Below, in pieces: positions 38,751-48,626 of a stretch of DNA of 64,000 nucleotides. A model generated the notes under the pieces. It was not told the DNA's origin, did no database searches, and saw only the letters and a program-made list of their open reading frames with translations. The DNA comes from an uncultured Acidobacteriota bacterium. Lineage in GTDB: Bacteria; Acidobacteriota; UBA6911. The stretch is taken from NCBI GenBank assembly GCA_963809485.1, contig CAWEJX010000020.1, positions 1,152,001-1,216,000 of the forward strand. The letters are read 5' to 3'. The position numbers and the translations under genes were made by a program. Within the stretch, counting starts at the first letter, position 1; every line of letters begins with the position of its first letter.

Positions 38751-39145
38751 GTCAGGTACCTCCGGCAAAGCCGGAGGCAAGATTTGAACCGCTCAAAGCG
38801 GTTGGACTAGTTACGCCGGTCTTGAACGCTGACTTACGCGGGCAAAAGCCGATGAGGCGCTTCCCATCCCCGCAGGGGCCAGCGCTCCGCGCTGGACAGT
38901 TTTCTGCGGCGGCACTGTGGCAAGCGCCGTGCGGCAAATAGATGAAGGGTATGAGAAACCGGGCGTTTGCCACAGTGCCGCCGCAGAAAACTCCATCGGA
39001 AGCGCCTCATCGGCTTTTGCTCGCCGACCCTCGCCGAACAAATCGGCGTTTGTCAGCGCTTTAATCGGCGTTTCTCAGCGTTTCAAAATACGGAGCTGTC
39101 AAACTCTTTGAGTTCCCCGGCAGAGCCGGGGGTTTACCAATGTAA
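38751..39145 (-). mobile_element. Family A IS200-derived element, copy 5 (long form), starting 2 bp after the ARH stop
   Basis: Both end hairpins; inner inverted repeats 38898-38923/38967-38992. Confidence 0.8.
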
Positions 39146-39440
39146 TTATGCTTGATTATGGCGGTCAGCCTGCCGACCCTCCCCAACCAGACTGCGCCAA
39201 ATCCCCGTTTCCGGTTTTATCGGGGCCGTCGTAAGGCCGCTTCGAAGGCCGCGCCTCATTAAATCTGACAAAATGCTTCCAAAACTGCGCGGTTGAGTCG
39301 ATGAGAGACATGAGGCAGCACAGGAGACAAAATGCGTTGTCATCCGTGTGGCGCGGAGGTGTTACATTACTTTACCGGGGAAAAGAGAAACTCAAAAGCC
39401 GTGGCAGTATGAGATCGCAAGGCTGTTTCGGATCAAAGAT

Positions 39441-41087
39441 ATGAAAAATAGCCAGGCGCCGAAACCCGGCCTATACCCGCCCAACAAGCCGCGCGTGACC
39501 CCTTCGCGTGCCGAGCATGCGGTCTATGAGGCGCTCTCGAGCCATATGCCGCAGGGCTGGTATGCCTGGCATTCCCTGCGCATACGCGTCCCCGGCCACC
39601 CCGATGCCGAAGCCGATTTCCTCATTGCCGACCCCAAACAGGGGATCCTTATCCTGGAGGTCAAGGGCGGCCGGATCGAGCAGCGCGACGGGATGTGGTT
39701 TTCCAACGGAGAATCCCTCAAGCATGCGCCGCGGGAACAGGCGAACCGGTTTCTTCGCGAGCTGGTGGAGCTGCTCAAATCCCAGAATATCAACCCTCCG
39801 CCCTGCGGGATCGCCACCTGCTTCCCCGACACCGAGTTCAGCGCAGGGCCCAGCGAGGGAGATTTAGCGGACTGTGTCCTCGGATCGCAGGACCTGCGCT
39901 GGGTGGAAGAGGCGCTCCCCACGATCATGGAATGCGCCCTCGCCGAGGGCTACAAGCCCAAAGGAAATTGGATTCAGGCGGTCCACCGGCTTTGGGGAGA
40001 AGTGTGGACACCCCGCCTGGATTTCGGTCTGCAGGCCCGTATCCAAAAGGACGAGAGGATTCGCCTGGACGGGGAGCAGTTCAAAGCCCTGCATGGGCTG
40101 ATCGATAACAAGTCGGTCCTGGTGCTTGGAGGAGCCGGCACCGGCAAGACCGCACTTGCGGCAGCCCTGGCTCAAAAACTGGCCGGAAGCGGGAAAAAAG
40201 TTCTGATGCTCTGCTTCACCGAAGCCCTGGCCCAATGGCTTGCGGGCCAGATGCGTAGCGAAAACCTGGAGGTGTGGGCGCTCAAGCGCTATGCCGTTGA
40301 GCTGCTCCGGCTGTCGGGCAAGGAAGTGATGGCCGAGGAATCGCAGGCGTTCTGGCGCGATGTATCCCTGGAGGCAGCCCTCGACGCTTTGCCCTCGCTG
40401 CCGCTATCCTGGGATGCGCTCATAGTCGACGAAAGCCAGGACCTGGAGGAAAACGACTGGGCCCTTGTCGCGGAGCTCTCCAAAAACAAAACGCTGTGGG
40501 CTTTCTGGGACCCGGAGCAGGCTTTCTGGCAGGACCGGAAGGTTCGCGAGGAGCTCTTCGGAACGCGGTTCAGGCTTCAGACTCGGTACCGCTGCCCCGA
40601 AGGGGTGATGCTCCTGGCGGGATGCTACATCGGGAAAGAGGCAGACGCGGGCGCTCTTCTCCGGACCATCGATCCGGATGTTCTTTCACTGCGGTCCTGT
40701 CCCGGCCCGGGAGCCGTGCTGGATCAGATTTCCTACGAAATCGACAGGCTGGAGGGTTCCGGGCTGGGGGCGTCCGACATCGCGGTTTTATCTTTGAGGG
40801 GCGCAGGGGAGCTCGGCTCGATCGTGCACCACAACCGCATAGGGACGCACAGGCTTGTGCGGGCCGACCATCCCGACGCATCTTCCAATGTGGTTGTGGA
40901 GACGTTCCTGCGCTTCAAGGGCCTCGAGCGGCCGGCCATCATTGTCACGGACGTCAGTCTTGCTCTCGACAAGCCCGACTATGCCCGGCGCATGTATATT
41001 GCCCTCACCCGTTCCCTCTCGACTGTCCGCATCATCGACGCCGCCGCCTATCTCTCGAGAGACCCAATCCTCAAACCGCTGCTGTAA
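39441..41087 (+). CDS. NERD (PD-(D/E)xK) nuclease fused to SF1/UvrD-like helicase
   Basis: EADFLI...LEVKGG; Walker A GGAGTGKT; LIVDESQD; FKGLERP; YIALTRS. Confidence 0.88.
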   Translation: MKNSQAPKPGLYPPNKPRVTPSRAEHAVYEALSSHMPQGWYAWHSLRIRVPGHPDAEADFLIADPKQGILILEVKGGRIEQRDGMWFSNGESLKHAPREQANRFLRELVELLKSQNINPPPCGIATCFPDTEFSAGPSEGDLADCVLGSQDLRWVEEALPTIMECALAEGYKPKGNWIQAVHRLWGEVWTPRLDFGLQARIQKDERIRLDGEQFKALHGLIDNKSVLVLGGAGTGKTALAAALAQKLAGSGKKVLMLCFTEALAQWLAGQMRSENLEVWALKRYAVELLRLSGKEVMAEESQAFWRDVSLEAALDALPSLPLSWDALIVDESQDLEENDWALVAELSKNKTLWAFWDPEQAFWQDRKVREELFGTRFRLQTRYRCPEGVMLLAGCYIGKEADAGALLRTIDPDVLSLRSCPGPGAVLDQISYEIDRLEGSGLGASDIAVLSLRGAGELGSIVHHNRIGTHRLVRADHPDASSNVVVETFLRFKGLERPAIIVTDVSLALDKPDYARRMYIALTRSLSTVRIIDAAAYLSRDPILKPLL

Positions 41088-41527
41088 AAAAAACACTCTT
41101 CTCTTCGAAGCTAAGCAGACCCGCCGAATAGTCTGAAAATCCCGTGGCTACGCCACATATCGCTTTACCCTGATTTCCTTCTCCTTATCCCGCACTTCAG
41201 CTATTTCAAAAGCCGTCTGCATGCGCAGAAGGCACGTCTCATGCCAGCATGGGTCAACACCCAGGAATTCGTGGCGGCGAAAAGGAGCCAGGGTATATAG
41301 CTCCGCGAAATATTGTTTCCGCAGGTGTCGATTTATTTCACAAATCCTGGAGATTTTTCGGGCCTCCGCAGGTGGCGAAAATTCATTCCTGCCACTGTCA
41401 ATATCTTGTAAGCCCAGTTTTTTCTTTGGAGGATTCGCCGGATTATGGTGCAATAGGGCAAATCTGATTGAGGTCTCGCGCAAAAGGCATCTTCATATTC
41501 ACAGCAGGACCAAGGAGGCAGCAAACC

Positions 41528-42754
41528 ATGACCGACGCCGTCAAGCCTCTCCTATCCCCTTACCGTTGGGTCGTCCTCATCGTCGCCATGCTGGCCGGAT
41601 TCATCGGAAGCTACGCGCAGTTCCAGCTCCCGCCCCTGGCCTATAAGCTTATGCCGGCACTGCACATCTCGACGTCGCGGTTTGCAGCTCTCATGGGGGG
41701 TCCGATGACCGGAGCCATCTTCGTCTGCATTCTGGGCGGCACTCTGGCCGACCGCTACGGCGTGAAGAAGATTGTCACGGTCGGCCTGATCCTGGCCGTG
41801 ATCGGATGCACGTTCCGCTACAATGCGACCTCGTTCTGGCCGTTTCTTTTCTTGTCGATTCTGGCCGGCATGGCCTCGGCTCTTCTGACCAGCAACCTGT
41901 CTAAGCTGTTCGGCGCCTGGTTTCCGCCGGAGCAGATGGGCACGATTATCGGCACATACACGATCAGCCCCATGCTCGGCACCTTTTTGGGGACGGCTAC
42001 AACCGCGCTTTTCCCCTCCGAAACCATCGCCTTTATCTTCTCGGGCATCGTCTGCCTGGCTATCCTTATTGTTTGGCTGGTCTTCGCGAAGAACAAACCC
42101 GAGGGCGCACCCGACCTGCCGACCCTGCCTGCGGCCAGGTATCTTGGCAAGGCCGCACGGAGCCGGAGCGTCTGGCTGGCCGGCATCGGCTGCTTTCTCG
42201 TCATGGGCGGCCCAATGGTCTTTTCCGACTTTCTGCCCAACGTGTTGCGTGATCTGCGAGGCATCAGCCCGGTGCAGGCAGGCTTCTACGGTTCTCTGGG
42301 CACCTTTGGGGGAATCTTCGGCTGCTTTCTGGGCCCGTTGATATGCAGCCGGATAGGAATCATGCGACCATTCATAATCATCATGGGGTTGCTGGGTGCT
42401 GCAGCCAGCTATTGGTCCTGGCAACTGCCGATCGGTCCGGCGATCGTAATAGGTATGACCCTGTCCGGTTTCCTGCAGAGCACGATTGCACCGTTGCTTA
42501 CGGCCGTCCCCATGCTGCTGCCTGAAATCGGCCCTGTTTATGCGGGCAGCGCCGGAGGCATCATATCGACCTTGATGGTGATGGGCGGTGTCCTGGTCCC
42601 GATCCTTATCGCCCCGCTTGCGGACTCGAGCGCCAAGATCCTTTTCGGCCTGGCCGCGGCCAGCTTCGCCTTTGTCATCCTGCCGGCCATATTCCTTCCT
42701 GAGCTGGGCACGAGGGCTCTGACAGCCAGGAAGGGCAAATCTTCCGCAAGGTGA
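41528..42754 (+). CDS. MFS transporter
   Basis: 12 TMs, GTLADRYGVK motif A, WFPPEQ; AAGGAGG RBS. Confidence 0.9.
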   Translation: MTDAVKPLLSPYRWVVLIVAMLAGFIGSYAQFQLPPLAYKLMPALHISTSRFAALMGGPMTGAIFVCILGGTLADRYGVKKIVTVGLILAVIGCTFRYNATSFWPFLFLSILAGMASALLTSNLSKLFGAWFPPEQMGTIIGTYTISPMLGTFLGTATTALFPSETIAFIFSGIVCLAILIVWLVFAKNKPEGAPDLPTLPAARYLGKAARSRSVWLAGIGCFLVMGGPMVFSDFLPNVLRDLRGISPVQAGFYGSLGTFGGIFGCFLGPLICSRIGIMRPFIIIMGLLGAAASYWSWQLPIGPAIVIGMTLSGFLQSTIAPLLTAVPMLLPEIGPVYAGSAGGIISTLMVMGGVLVPILIAPLADSSAKILFGLAAASFAFVILPAIFLPELGTRALTARKGKSSAR

Positions 42755-42795
42755 TGCACGCTGATTTGCGAAGTCGGAGATTTCTGTACTGACTA

Positions 42796-43188
42796 TCAGG
42801 ACTCTGGATTTTGCCAATAAGGAGCCCGGGCGCGGATGACCCACCGTATGCCGCCGCGCGCGTCCTCGACATCGCCGGAGTATCTCGGGATAACGTGCAG
42901 ATGAGCGTGCGGGATCGTCTGCCCGCCCGCCTCGCCGATATTGACGCCGATGTTGTACCCGTCGGGCGTATGATCCTTTTCGATATTCTTCCGCACCGGA
43001 TCTACCAAAGCCCAAACGGCCGCCTGCTCCTCCTGAGTCAGGGCCAGGTAATCGGCAATATGCCTGCGCGGCACAATCAGTGTATGGCCAGGGTTTACAG
43101 GATAGTTATCGAATAGCGCAACAGCAAGGTCATTGCTGATAATGATCTCGGATCTGGCAATTCTGCTGCAAAAGGGGCAATCAGTCAT
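42796..43188 (-). CDS. HIT-family nucleotide hydrolase
   Basis: CPFC, PVNPGHTLIVPRRH, GQTIPHAHLHVIPR. Confidence 0.9.
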   Translation of the reverse strand: MTDCPFCSRIARSEIIISNDLAVALFDNYPVNPGHTLIVPRRHIADYLALTQEEQAAVWALVDPVRKNIEKDHTPDGYNIGVNIGEAGGQTIPHAHLHVIPRYSGDVEDARGGIRWVIRARAPYWQNPES

Positions 43189-43249
43189 TTCAGCTTGCAT
43201 TCCGGGATTTACACCAATCATTTCATTGCGCCCGAGTCTGAGATTTAGG

Positions 43250-43545
43250 TTAATCCTGACTGGCAATTTCCATCGCTGCTGATTTTAGCCGCACGAAAAG
43301 CGACGCTGGCTTTATCACTCGAACTCCGGGACCGAAGCCCAATGGCATCTGGCACGGGAGATTCGTAACCGTCAGCGCAAGGATCCGGTCCACCGCAAAC
43401 ATGCGGACCTCGCGCCGCATGTGGCAATAGCCGATCAGGTACAGCGCACCGGCGGCATACCAGATGCGGTACGGGTCCACTTTTCGCCTCGAGGTCTTAT
43501 CCCGCGCCGCCGCATAATAGCGCATCTCCACCGTGCGCTTCTTCG
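43250..43545 (-). pseudogene. WYL-domain regulator remnant (lacks HTH; WYL joined directly to WCX tail)
   Basis: TVEMRY...RKVDPYRIWY..GALYLIGYCHMRREVRMFAVDRI (WYL) then LGFGPGVRVIKPASL (WCX end). Confidence 0.75.
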
Positions 43546-43640
43546 ATGCTATTGCCTTGGCTGGCTGTTCCCACCTCCGGACATTCCGCTACGTACCAAA
43601 CTCCCTCTTTGTGAACAATTGCCGTAAATATTCTTTGCAT
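43497..43640 (-). pseudogene. HicB-family antitoxin N-terminal fragment (47 aa; not in ORF track)
   Basis: My translation: MQRIFTAIVHKEGVWYVAECPEVGTASQGNSIEEA then out-of-frame WYL DNA. Confidence 0.7.
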
Positions 43641-43840
43641 GTTCTAAACTATACACCGTATGTCAGAAAATCATCAATTCCCTCATCGAAACATAATTCC
43701 ATTTTCTTTCGAAAGATTGATGCCGGATGGCATATTGCCGCTGTAATGGCGTTGTGGGATTCTTACAATGCGTTGCTTCATGAGGGCCAAGAGGGCATTC
43801 TCAAAAGCGCAAAGACTCAAGGCTTTCGGGAGGAGTGGAT

Positions 43841-45310
43841 ATGCCGAAACATCTGCTGACCAAGACTGCGTTTGTTAGCGGGCTCAACTGCGAAAGGTAT
43901 CTCTGGGTCTACGTAAACGACCGGGAACGGCTGCCTGAACCTGATGAATCCACTCAGGCGTTGTTCGACCAGGGGCACGAGATCGGAGACCTGGCCAAAT
44001 CACTCTACCCCGATGGTATCGAGATCGACTGGGATTCCGGCCACGACGCCGGCATCGCCCAGACCAGGGAAGCAGTCCGCCGGCGAAAACCGATCTTCGA
44101 GGCGGGATTTCAGGACGGAATGACACACGCGCGCGCCGACATCCTCAACCCGGCCGCAGCCGGGAAATGGGACCTGATCGAGGTCAAGAGCTCCACCCAG
44201 GTCAAGGAAGAGCACCTCGACGACGTCGCATTCCAGAAGCACCTGTACGAAGCCGCGGGAATCCCCATCAGCCGCTGCTTCGTCATGCACGTGGACCGGA
44301 GCTACGTGCGAAGAGGAGAACCGGATGCGCGCAGACTCCTCGTGACCGAGGACGTAACCGCCAATATCGAGCCGCTGGCCGCCGGATTGCAGGACAAAAT
44401 AAGGAGACAGCTCGCGGTCATATCCCTGCCGGCTCCCCCCGACGCGGAGATCGGCAAGAAATGCGACGGCTGCGAGCTTCACGACGAATGCTGGTCGTTT
44501 CTGCCCGGGCGTCACGTCTTCCACCTGTATTATCCCGGCGGGAAACCTCGGGAACTGCTGGATCGGAATATCCTGGCTCTTAAGGACATCCCCGATGGCT
44601 ATCCCCTGTCGGTCAAACAGTCCATCCAGGTCGCATGCGAGAAGACCGGGGAGCCGTATGTCGAGCCTCTGGGAATCCGGGCGTTTCTCGCGCAGCTGAG
44701 ATACCCGCTATGTTTCCTCGACTTCGAAACCTTCATGACCGCCGTCCCGGCATACGACGAATTGAGTCCGTACGAACCGGTGCCGTTTCAATATTCGCTG
44801 CACGTGGTTACCTTCCCTGGACGTAAAGCGCAACACTACGCCTATCTTTCAGACGGGAAAACCGATCCCAGGCCCGAAGTCCTGGAAGGGCTGAAAAAGA
44901 ATCTCGGGCGCCTGGGATCGATTGTCGCGTACAACGCGTCGTTCGAAATCAACGTGTTAAGGTCCTGTGCGCGGCGCTTCCCTGCGTATCAAGCCTGGTA
45001 TGATTCCATCCAGCTGCGCTTCGTGGACCTGATCCGGCCATTCCGCGATTTTCACTACTACCACCCCGACCAGCTCGGCAGCGCTTCGCTGAAGGCCGTC
45101 CTGCCTGCCTTGACGGGAGTGGGTTACACGGGACTCGAAATCGCCGAGGGCGGCGAGGCAAGCCTCAGGTTCCGCGAAATGGCTTTCGGGAATGCGACGG
45201 AAGCAAGGAAGAAGGAAATCCGGGAAGCGCTGGAGACCTACTGCTGCCAGGACACCGAGGGGATGGTGCGCATCCTTGATGCACTGCGGCGGCTGAAAAA
45301 AAGGCGATGA
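43841..45310 (+). CDS. DUF2779 protein: Cas4/RecB-like PD-(D/E)xK nuclease plus RNase H-like domain
   Basis: GLNC, RADIL...LIEVKSST, CDGCELHDEC, FLDFET, YNASFE, YCCQDT. Confidence 0.85.
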   Translation: MPKHLLTKTAFVSGLNCERYLWVYVNDRERLPEPDESTQALFDQGHEIGDLAKSLYPDGIEIDWDSGHDAGIAQTREAVRRRKPIFEAGFQDGMTHARADILNPAAAGKWDLIEVKSSTQVKEEHLDDVAFQKHLYEAAGIPISRCFVMHVDRSYVRRGEPDARRLLVTEDVTANIEPLAAGLQDKIRRQLAVISLPAPPDAEIGKKCDGCELHDECWSFLPGRHVFHLYYPGGKPRELLDRNILALKDIPDGYPLSVKQSIQVACEKTGEPYVEPLGIRAFLAQLRYPLCFLDFETFMTAVPAYDELSPYEPVPFQYSLHVVTFPGRKAQHYAYLSDGKTDPRPEVLEGLKKNLGRLGSIVAYNASFEINVLRSCARRFPAYQAWYDSIQLRFVDLIRPFRDFHYYHPDQLGSASLKAVLPALTGVGYTGLEIAEGGEASLRFREMAFGNATEARKKEIREALETYCCQDTEGMVRILDALRRLKKRR

Positions 45311-45463
45311 ATTTTGCAGAGGAGACAAATACCAATAAGGGGACGGGTCTGCAGATCCGTCCGCCGGCGGCCGCATTATCCAACGGACCGCCTTCGCAAC
45401 CGGAGATTATGCTAAGGAGGTTGCCGGGAAGCGCCGTAAAGAATACTAAGCACTGGAGAGGTC

Positions 45464-46150
45464 ATGGCGAAACAGGATGAAGAGTTCGACGGATTCATGA
45501 CCCGTGACGGGGAGCTGATTTCCATAAGAGACGCCAACAGGCTATCCGCGATCTTTCTCCGGACGACCGATGTCGACACCGCAGTTGCGACCCTTTGGCA
45601 ACTCGCGACCGAATGCCTCGGCTCCGGTTATTATGAGGCCGCCTGCAAATACATCGAGAAAATCCTGCCCCTGGTGGACACCCCGATCGAAAAAGCGGAG
45701 TGCTTCCTCAGGATGGGGACGGCACTGGAAAGCATGCGCGAATTTGCGGCGGCGGAGGAGATGTACTCGCAGGCTTTCGACCTGCCCCAGGAACCATCCT
45801 CGACGTGGTATTTCCTCAACAACAACCGCGCCTTCTGCCTGAACCAGGTCGGACTCCACGAGAAAGCCGAGACGTATTGCCGGGCAGCTATTGAGATCGA
45901 GCCCGAATGGCACAATGCGCACAAAAACCTGGGGGTCGCCCTCGCCCAGCTCGGCCGGCTGGAGGAAGCCGCGCAAACGCTGATCCGCGCGACCAAGCTG
46001 TGCCCCGAAGATCCGCGGGCGCTGTCCCACCTTGATGAACTGTTCGCAACCCACAGGGAAATCGCCGAACAGGTCCCGGATTTCCCCGCGCATCTGCACG
46101 CATGTCACGAACTGGTGCAGAATGCGCATGGCAACTCCTCCGTGCAGTAG
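45464..46150 (+). CDS. TPR-repeat protein
   Basis: Several TPRs (AIEIEPEWHNAHKNLGVALAQLGRLEEA). Confidence 0.85.
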   Translation: MAKQDEEFDGFMTRDGELISIRDANRLSAIFLRTTDVDTAVATLWQLATECLGSGYYEAACKYIEKILPLVDTPIEKAECFLRMGTALESMREFAAAEEMYSQAFDLPQEPSSTWYFLNNNRAFCLNQVGLHEKAETYCRAAIEIEPEWHNAHKNLGVALAQLGRLEEAAQTLIRATKLCPEDPRALSHLDELFATHREIAEQVPDFPAHLHACHELVQNAHGNSSVQ

Positions 46151-46217
46151 GCCCACCCCCACACCTCGAGCCACCGAGTCTCATGGACAGACCGCAGGGC
46201 CGCCCAAATAGGGTGCA

Positions 46218-46336
46218 GTCAGGTACCTCCGGCTTTGCCGGAGGCTTGAAAGATTTGAACCGCTCAAAGCGGTTGGACTAGTTACGCCGGTCTTGAACGC
46301 TGACTGACGCGGGCAAAAGCCGATGAGGCGCTTCCC
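46218..46336 (-). mobile_element. Family A IS200-derived element, copy 6 (truncated; end-hairpin loop reads TTT instead of AAA)
   Basis: GTCAGGTACCTCCGGCTTTGCCGGAGG...AACCGCTCAAAGCGGTT...GGCGCTTCCC. Confidence 0.75.
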
Positions 46337-46422
46337 AGACTGAAGCGTTCGAAACGAATCTCCGCATAGCATCGATCCAAGTCTGCGCAGACCGGCGCGG
46401 CGGCGGGCGGGGAAAGACCCTA

Positions 46423-46614
46423 ATGAGATCAGATGCCACGATGCAGGCTATCCTGGAAAACGCCCTGGAGGGGAAAGCGCCGGACAAGCGGCAATGCGCG
46501 CGCCTGCTGGAATGTGCACCGGAATCGCTTGAAGGCGCGATGATACGGGCGGCGGGCGATTACATCACCCGCAAGCGGTTCGGCAACCAGGCGATTTTGC
46601 TGGGGCAGATTGGC
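46423..46614 (+). pseudogene. N-terminal fragment of a probable BioB/PylB-like radical SAM gene
   Basis: AILENALEGKAPDKRQCARLL...AAGDYITRKRFGNQAILLGQIG ends where CxxxCxxC would be expected; the rest of the 418-aa ORF is antisense to 46633-47586. Confidence 0.5.
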
Positions 46615-46632
46615 GGTTGTCCCCTTCAAGCA

Positions 46633-47586
46633 TCACAAACGGTCTTTGATGTCCGGGCGCACGAAGCCTTCAGGGAAAGGCTCGACCTTGTGCCCGACAA
46701 TCGTGTATTCCTTGTCTTTCCTGGTGAAGGACTTTTCCAGTTCCATGTAGCCCTGCGGATCGAACAGCGGAGTTGCGCTGTACCCCATGATGCCGGTGGC
46801 CGAAGCGTGCGTGAACGTGTATGCGACGCTCTGATCCCGGAAATTCGCCCGCCCGTGCTCCAGCATTCCCTCCATCGCGGCCTTCAGCGTGTAATGCGTC
46901 GACGCGCATTTGAACCCGAGCTTCGTCAGCTGGTCCATGGTCACCGAAGGGATGCCGTAATCCGCGCGCACATCGGCGAATATCTTCCACCCCGGGACCT
47001 GTTCCGCCATGAATTTTGCCTGTTCAAAAGTGCCGGCTTTGACAACCATCGCCATGTCCGCCCCCATTTCCATCGACTCGCGCATGCGGGTGCAGCCCTC
47101 CTCAAACTCCTCCAGGTTGTCCGGATCCGCGTTGGTCCTGGCTATCAGCAGGCAGTCCGAGCCTTTCAGCGCCTCCACCGCAGCGAGGACCTTCGAATAA
47201 TACTGCTCCCGCGGCAGGATGCTCGTCGTGTTCTCCATGTCGCCGGCATCCTCCAGCTGAACGGCCGCCGCGCCCGCCGACGACAGCCTTTTGGCGGAGC
47301 GGTAAACCGCCAGTGGTCCTCCGAATCCGTCCTCAATGTCCGCAATCAGCGGGATGGAGGATGTCTGCGATATGCGGCTCACCATCCACTCCAGATCCGT
47401 CAAACCCGTAAACCCATAGTCGATGACACCGTTCATCGCGATGGACAATTCGCCGCCGCTCAACAGCATTACGGGAAATCCGCACATTTCAACCGCCCGC
47501 GCCGACGCGCAGTCGTACACGCACGGCACCAGGAAACACTTTTCGCTTTGCTCCAATATTTTGCGCAGCGTCGTTTTGCTGGACAT
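46633..47586 (-). CDS. Isocitrate lyase/PEP mutase-family enzyme
   Basis: VPCVYDCASAR, LSGG, PLIADIEDGFG, QLED, IARTNA. Confidence 0.88.
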   Translation of the reverse strand: MSSKTTLRKILEQSEKCFLVPCVYDCASARAVEMCGFPVMLLSGGELSIAMNGVIDYGFTGLTDLEWMVSRISQTSSIPLIADIEDGFGGPLAVYRSAKRLSSAGAAAVQLEDAGDMENTTSILPREQYYSKVLAAVEALKGSDCLLIARTNADPDNLEEFEEGCTRMRESMEMGADMAMVVKAGTFEQAKFMAEQVPGWKIFADVRADYGIPSVTMDQLTKLGFKCASTHYTLKAAMEGMLEHGRANFRDQSVAYTFTHASATGIMGYSATPLFDPQGYMELEKSFTRKDKEYTIVGHKVEPFPEGFVRPDIKDRL

Positions 47587-47611
47587 AACGGCGTCCCCTC
47601 CATGCTCCATA

Positions 47612-48298
47612 CTATTTTGAGAACTCTTCGATACCCTCAATGGCGTATGCCCGCACCGGGGAGGAATCCAGTCCCTTGATGGGGAGCGGCGAATAGGACA
47701 TAAAAAATATGTCCGCCCTCAGCCGGTCGAGATTTTTCAGCACTTCCAGGAACACGATGTTTCTGGCCATCAGCACGTCGTGGAACGCGCACACATCCGC
47801 GTTGCTGTTTTCAATCGACACGCCGTCCCCGAAGCCGACGCACTTCACTTCTTTTCCGGCAAACCATTCCGCGACTTCCCTGCCCACGAACAGCCTCTTG
47901 TCCTCAGCGGTGTTCGTTTTGGCTGTGAACGGAGTCAACGGATAGGGGGAATCGATGATGACGATGTCGTCCTTCCTGATTATTTCGCCGCATGTCCTCT
48001 CCATGTCTGCCGGCCGTATATGGCTGTTGGGCTCGAGGTGGTTTATTTTGGCGTAGATTGCCCTTCCCATGAAGCAGGTCAGGGGCATCGCCAACACATC
48101 GGGCCAGTCGTCGTTGTGATGATACGGGCATTCCACATGCGTTCCCAGATGACTCATCAAATCCATGTGCGTGTGGAAATCGGGAATCGGCCCTCCCGTA
48201 TTGAAGCGCATCAAACGGCACCGCCTGGTTTCCGTTTGCGGGTCCAGCGGTTTTGAGAGATCGATTATCCTCAGCTTCCCCATTGGATAAACGCTCAT
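47612..48298 (-). CDS. Cyclase/kynurenine-formamidase-family metal hydrolase
   Basis: IIDLS.PL, SHLGTHVECPYH, G.DSSPVRAYAI. Confidence 0.88.
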   Translation of the reverse strand: MSVYPMGKLRIIDLSKPLDPQTETRRCRLMRFNTGGPIPDFHTHMDLMSHLGTHVECPYHHNDDWPDVLAMPLTCFMGRAIYAKINHLEPNSHIRPADMERTCGEIIRKDDIVIIDSPYPLTPFTAKTNTAEDKRLFVGREVAEWFAGKEVKCVGFGDGVSIENSNADVCAFHDVLMARNIVFLEVLKNLDRLRADIFFMSYSPLPIKGLDSSPVRAYAIEGIEEFSK

Positions 48299-48403
48299 GG
48301 CCGCCTCCCCCGATAGAACTTAATGCCGTATATTATCCGATATTGCCCTTCGAAACCCACAGCCGTGAAACAATTCCTATTTTCAGTGAACACCGCGGAT
48401 TTT

Positions 48404-48530
48404 TTAGGACGGGTCTCCCCTTGGTTTTCGTGAGGACGGGTCTCTCCAGACCCGTCCGATCAAGCCATAACCAGTCATCCACCATCCGGACAGGTTTGGT
48501 GACTCGTTCTCACGAAAATCCGGGGGAAAT
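48404..48530. repeat. REP doublet (GTGAGGACGGGTCTCTCCAGACCCGTCC ... inverted degenerate copy), family B-related
   Basis: Two AGGACGGGTCTCC units and a closing TCTCACGAAAA complement. Confidence 0.6.
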
Positions 48531-48626
48531 AATCCTGGAAAGGCGGAAGACCTGCGCTTCGCTTTTGAATATATGGAATTTACGCGGGCGCCCCTCCGGC
48601 AGCTCCTGCGAAAGACGAACGACGCC

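Noticed and set aside
46423-47679. 418-aa plus-strand ORF
   Set aside because: Only the first ~64 aa look coding; the rest is the antisense shadow of the ICL/PEPM gene
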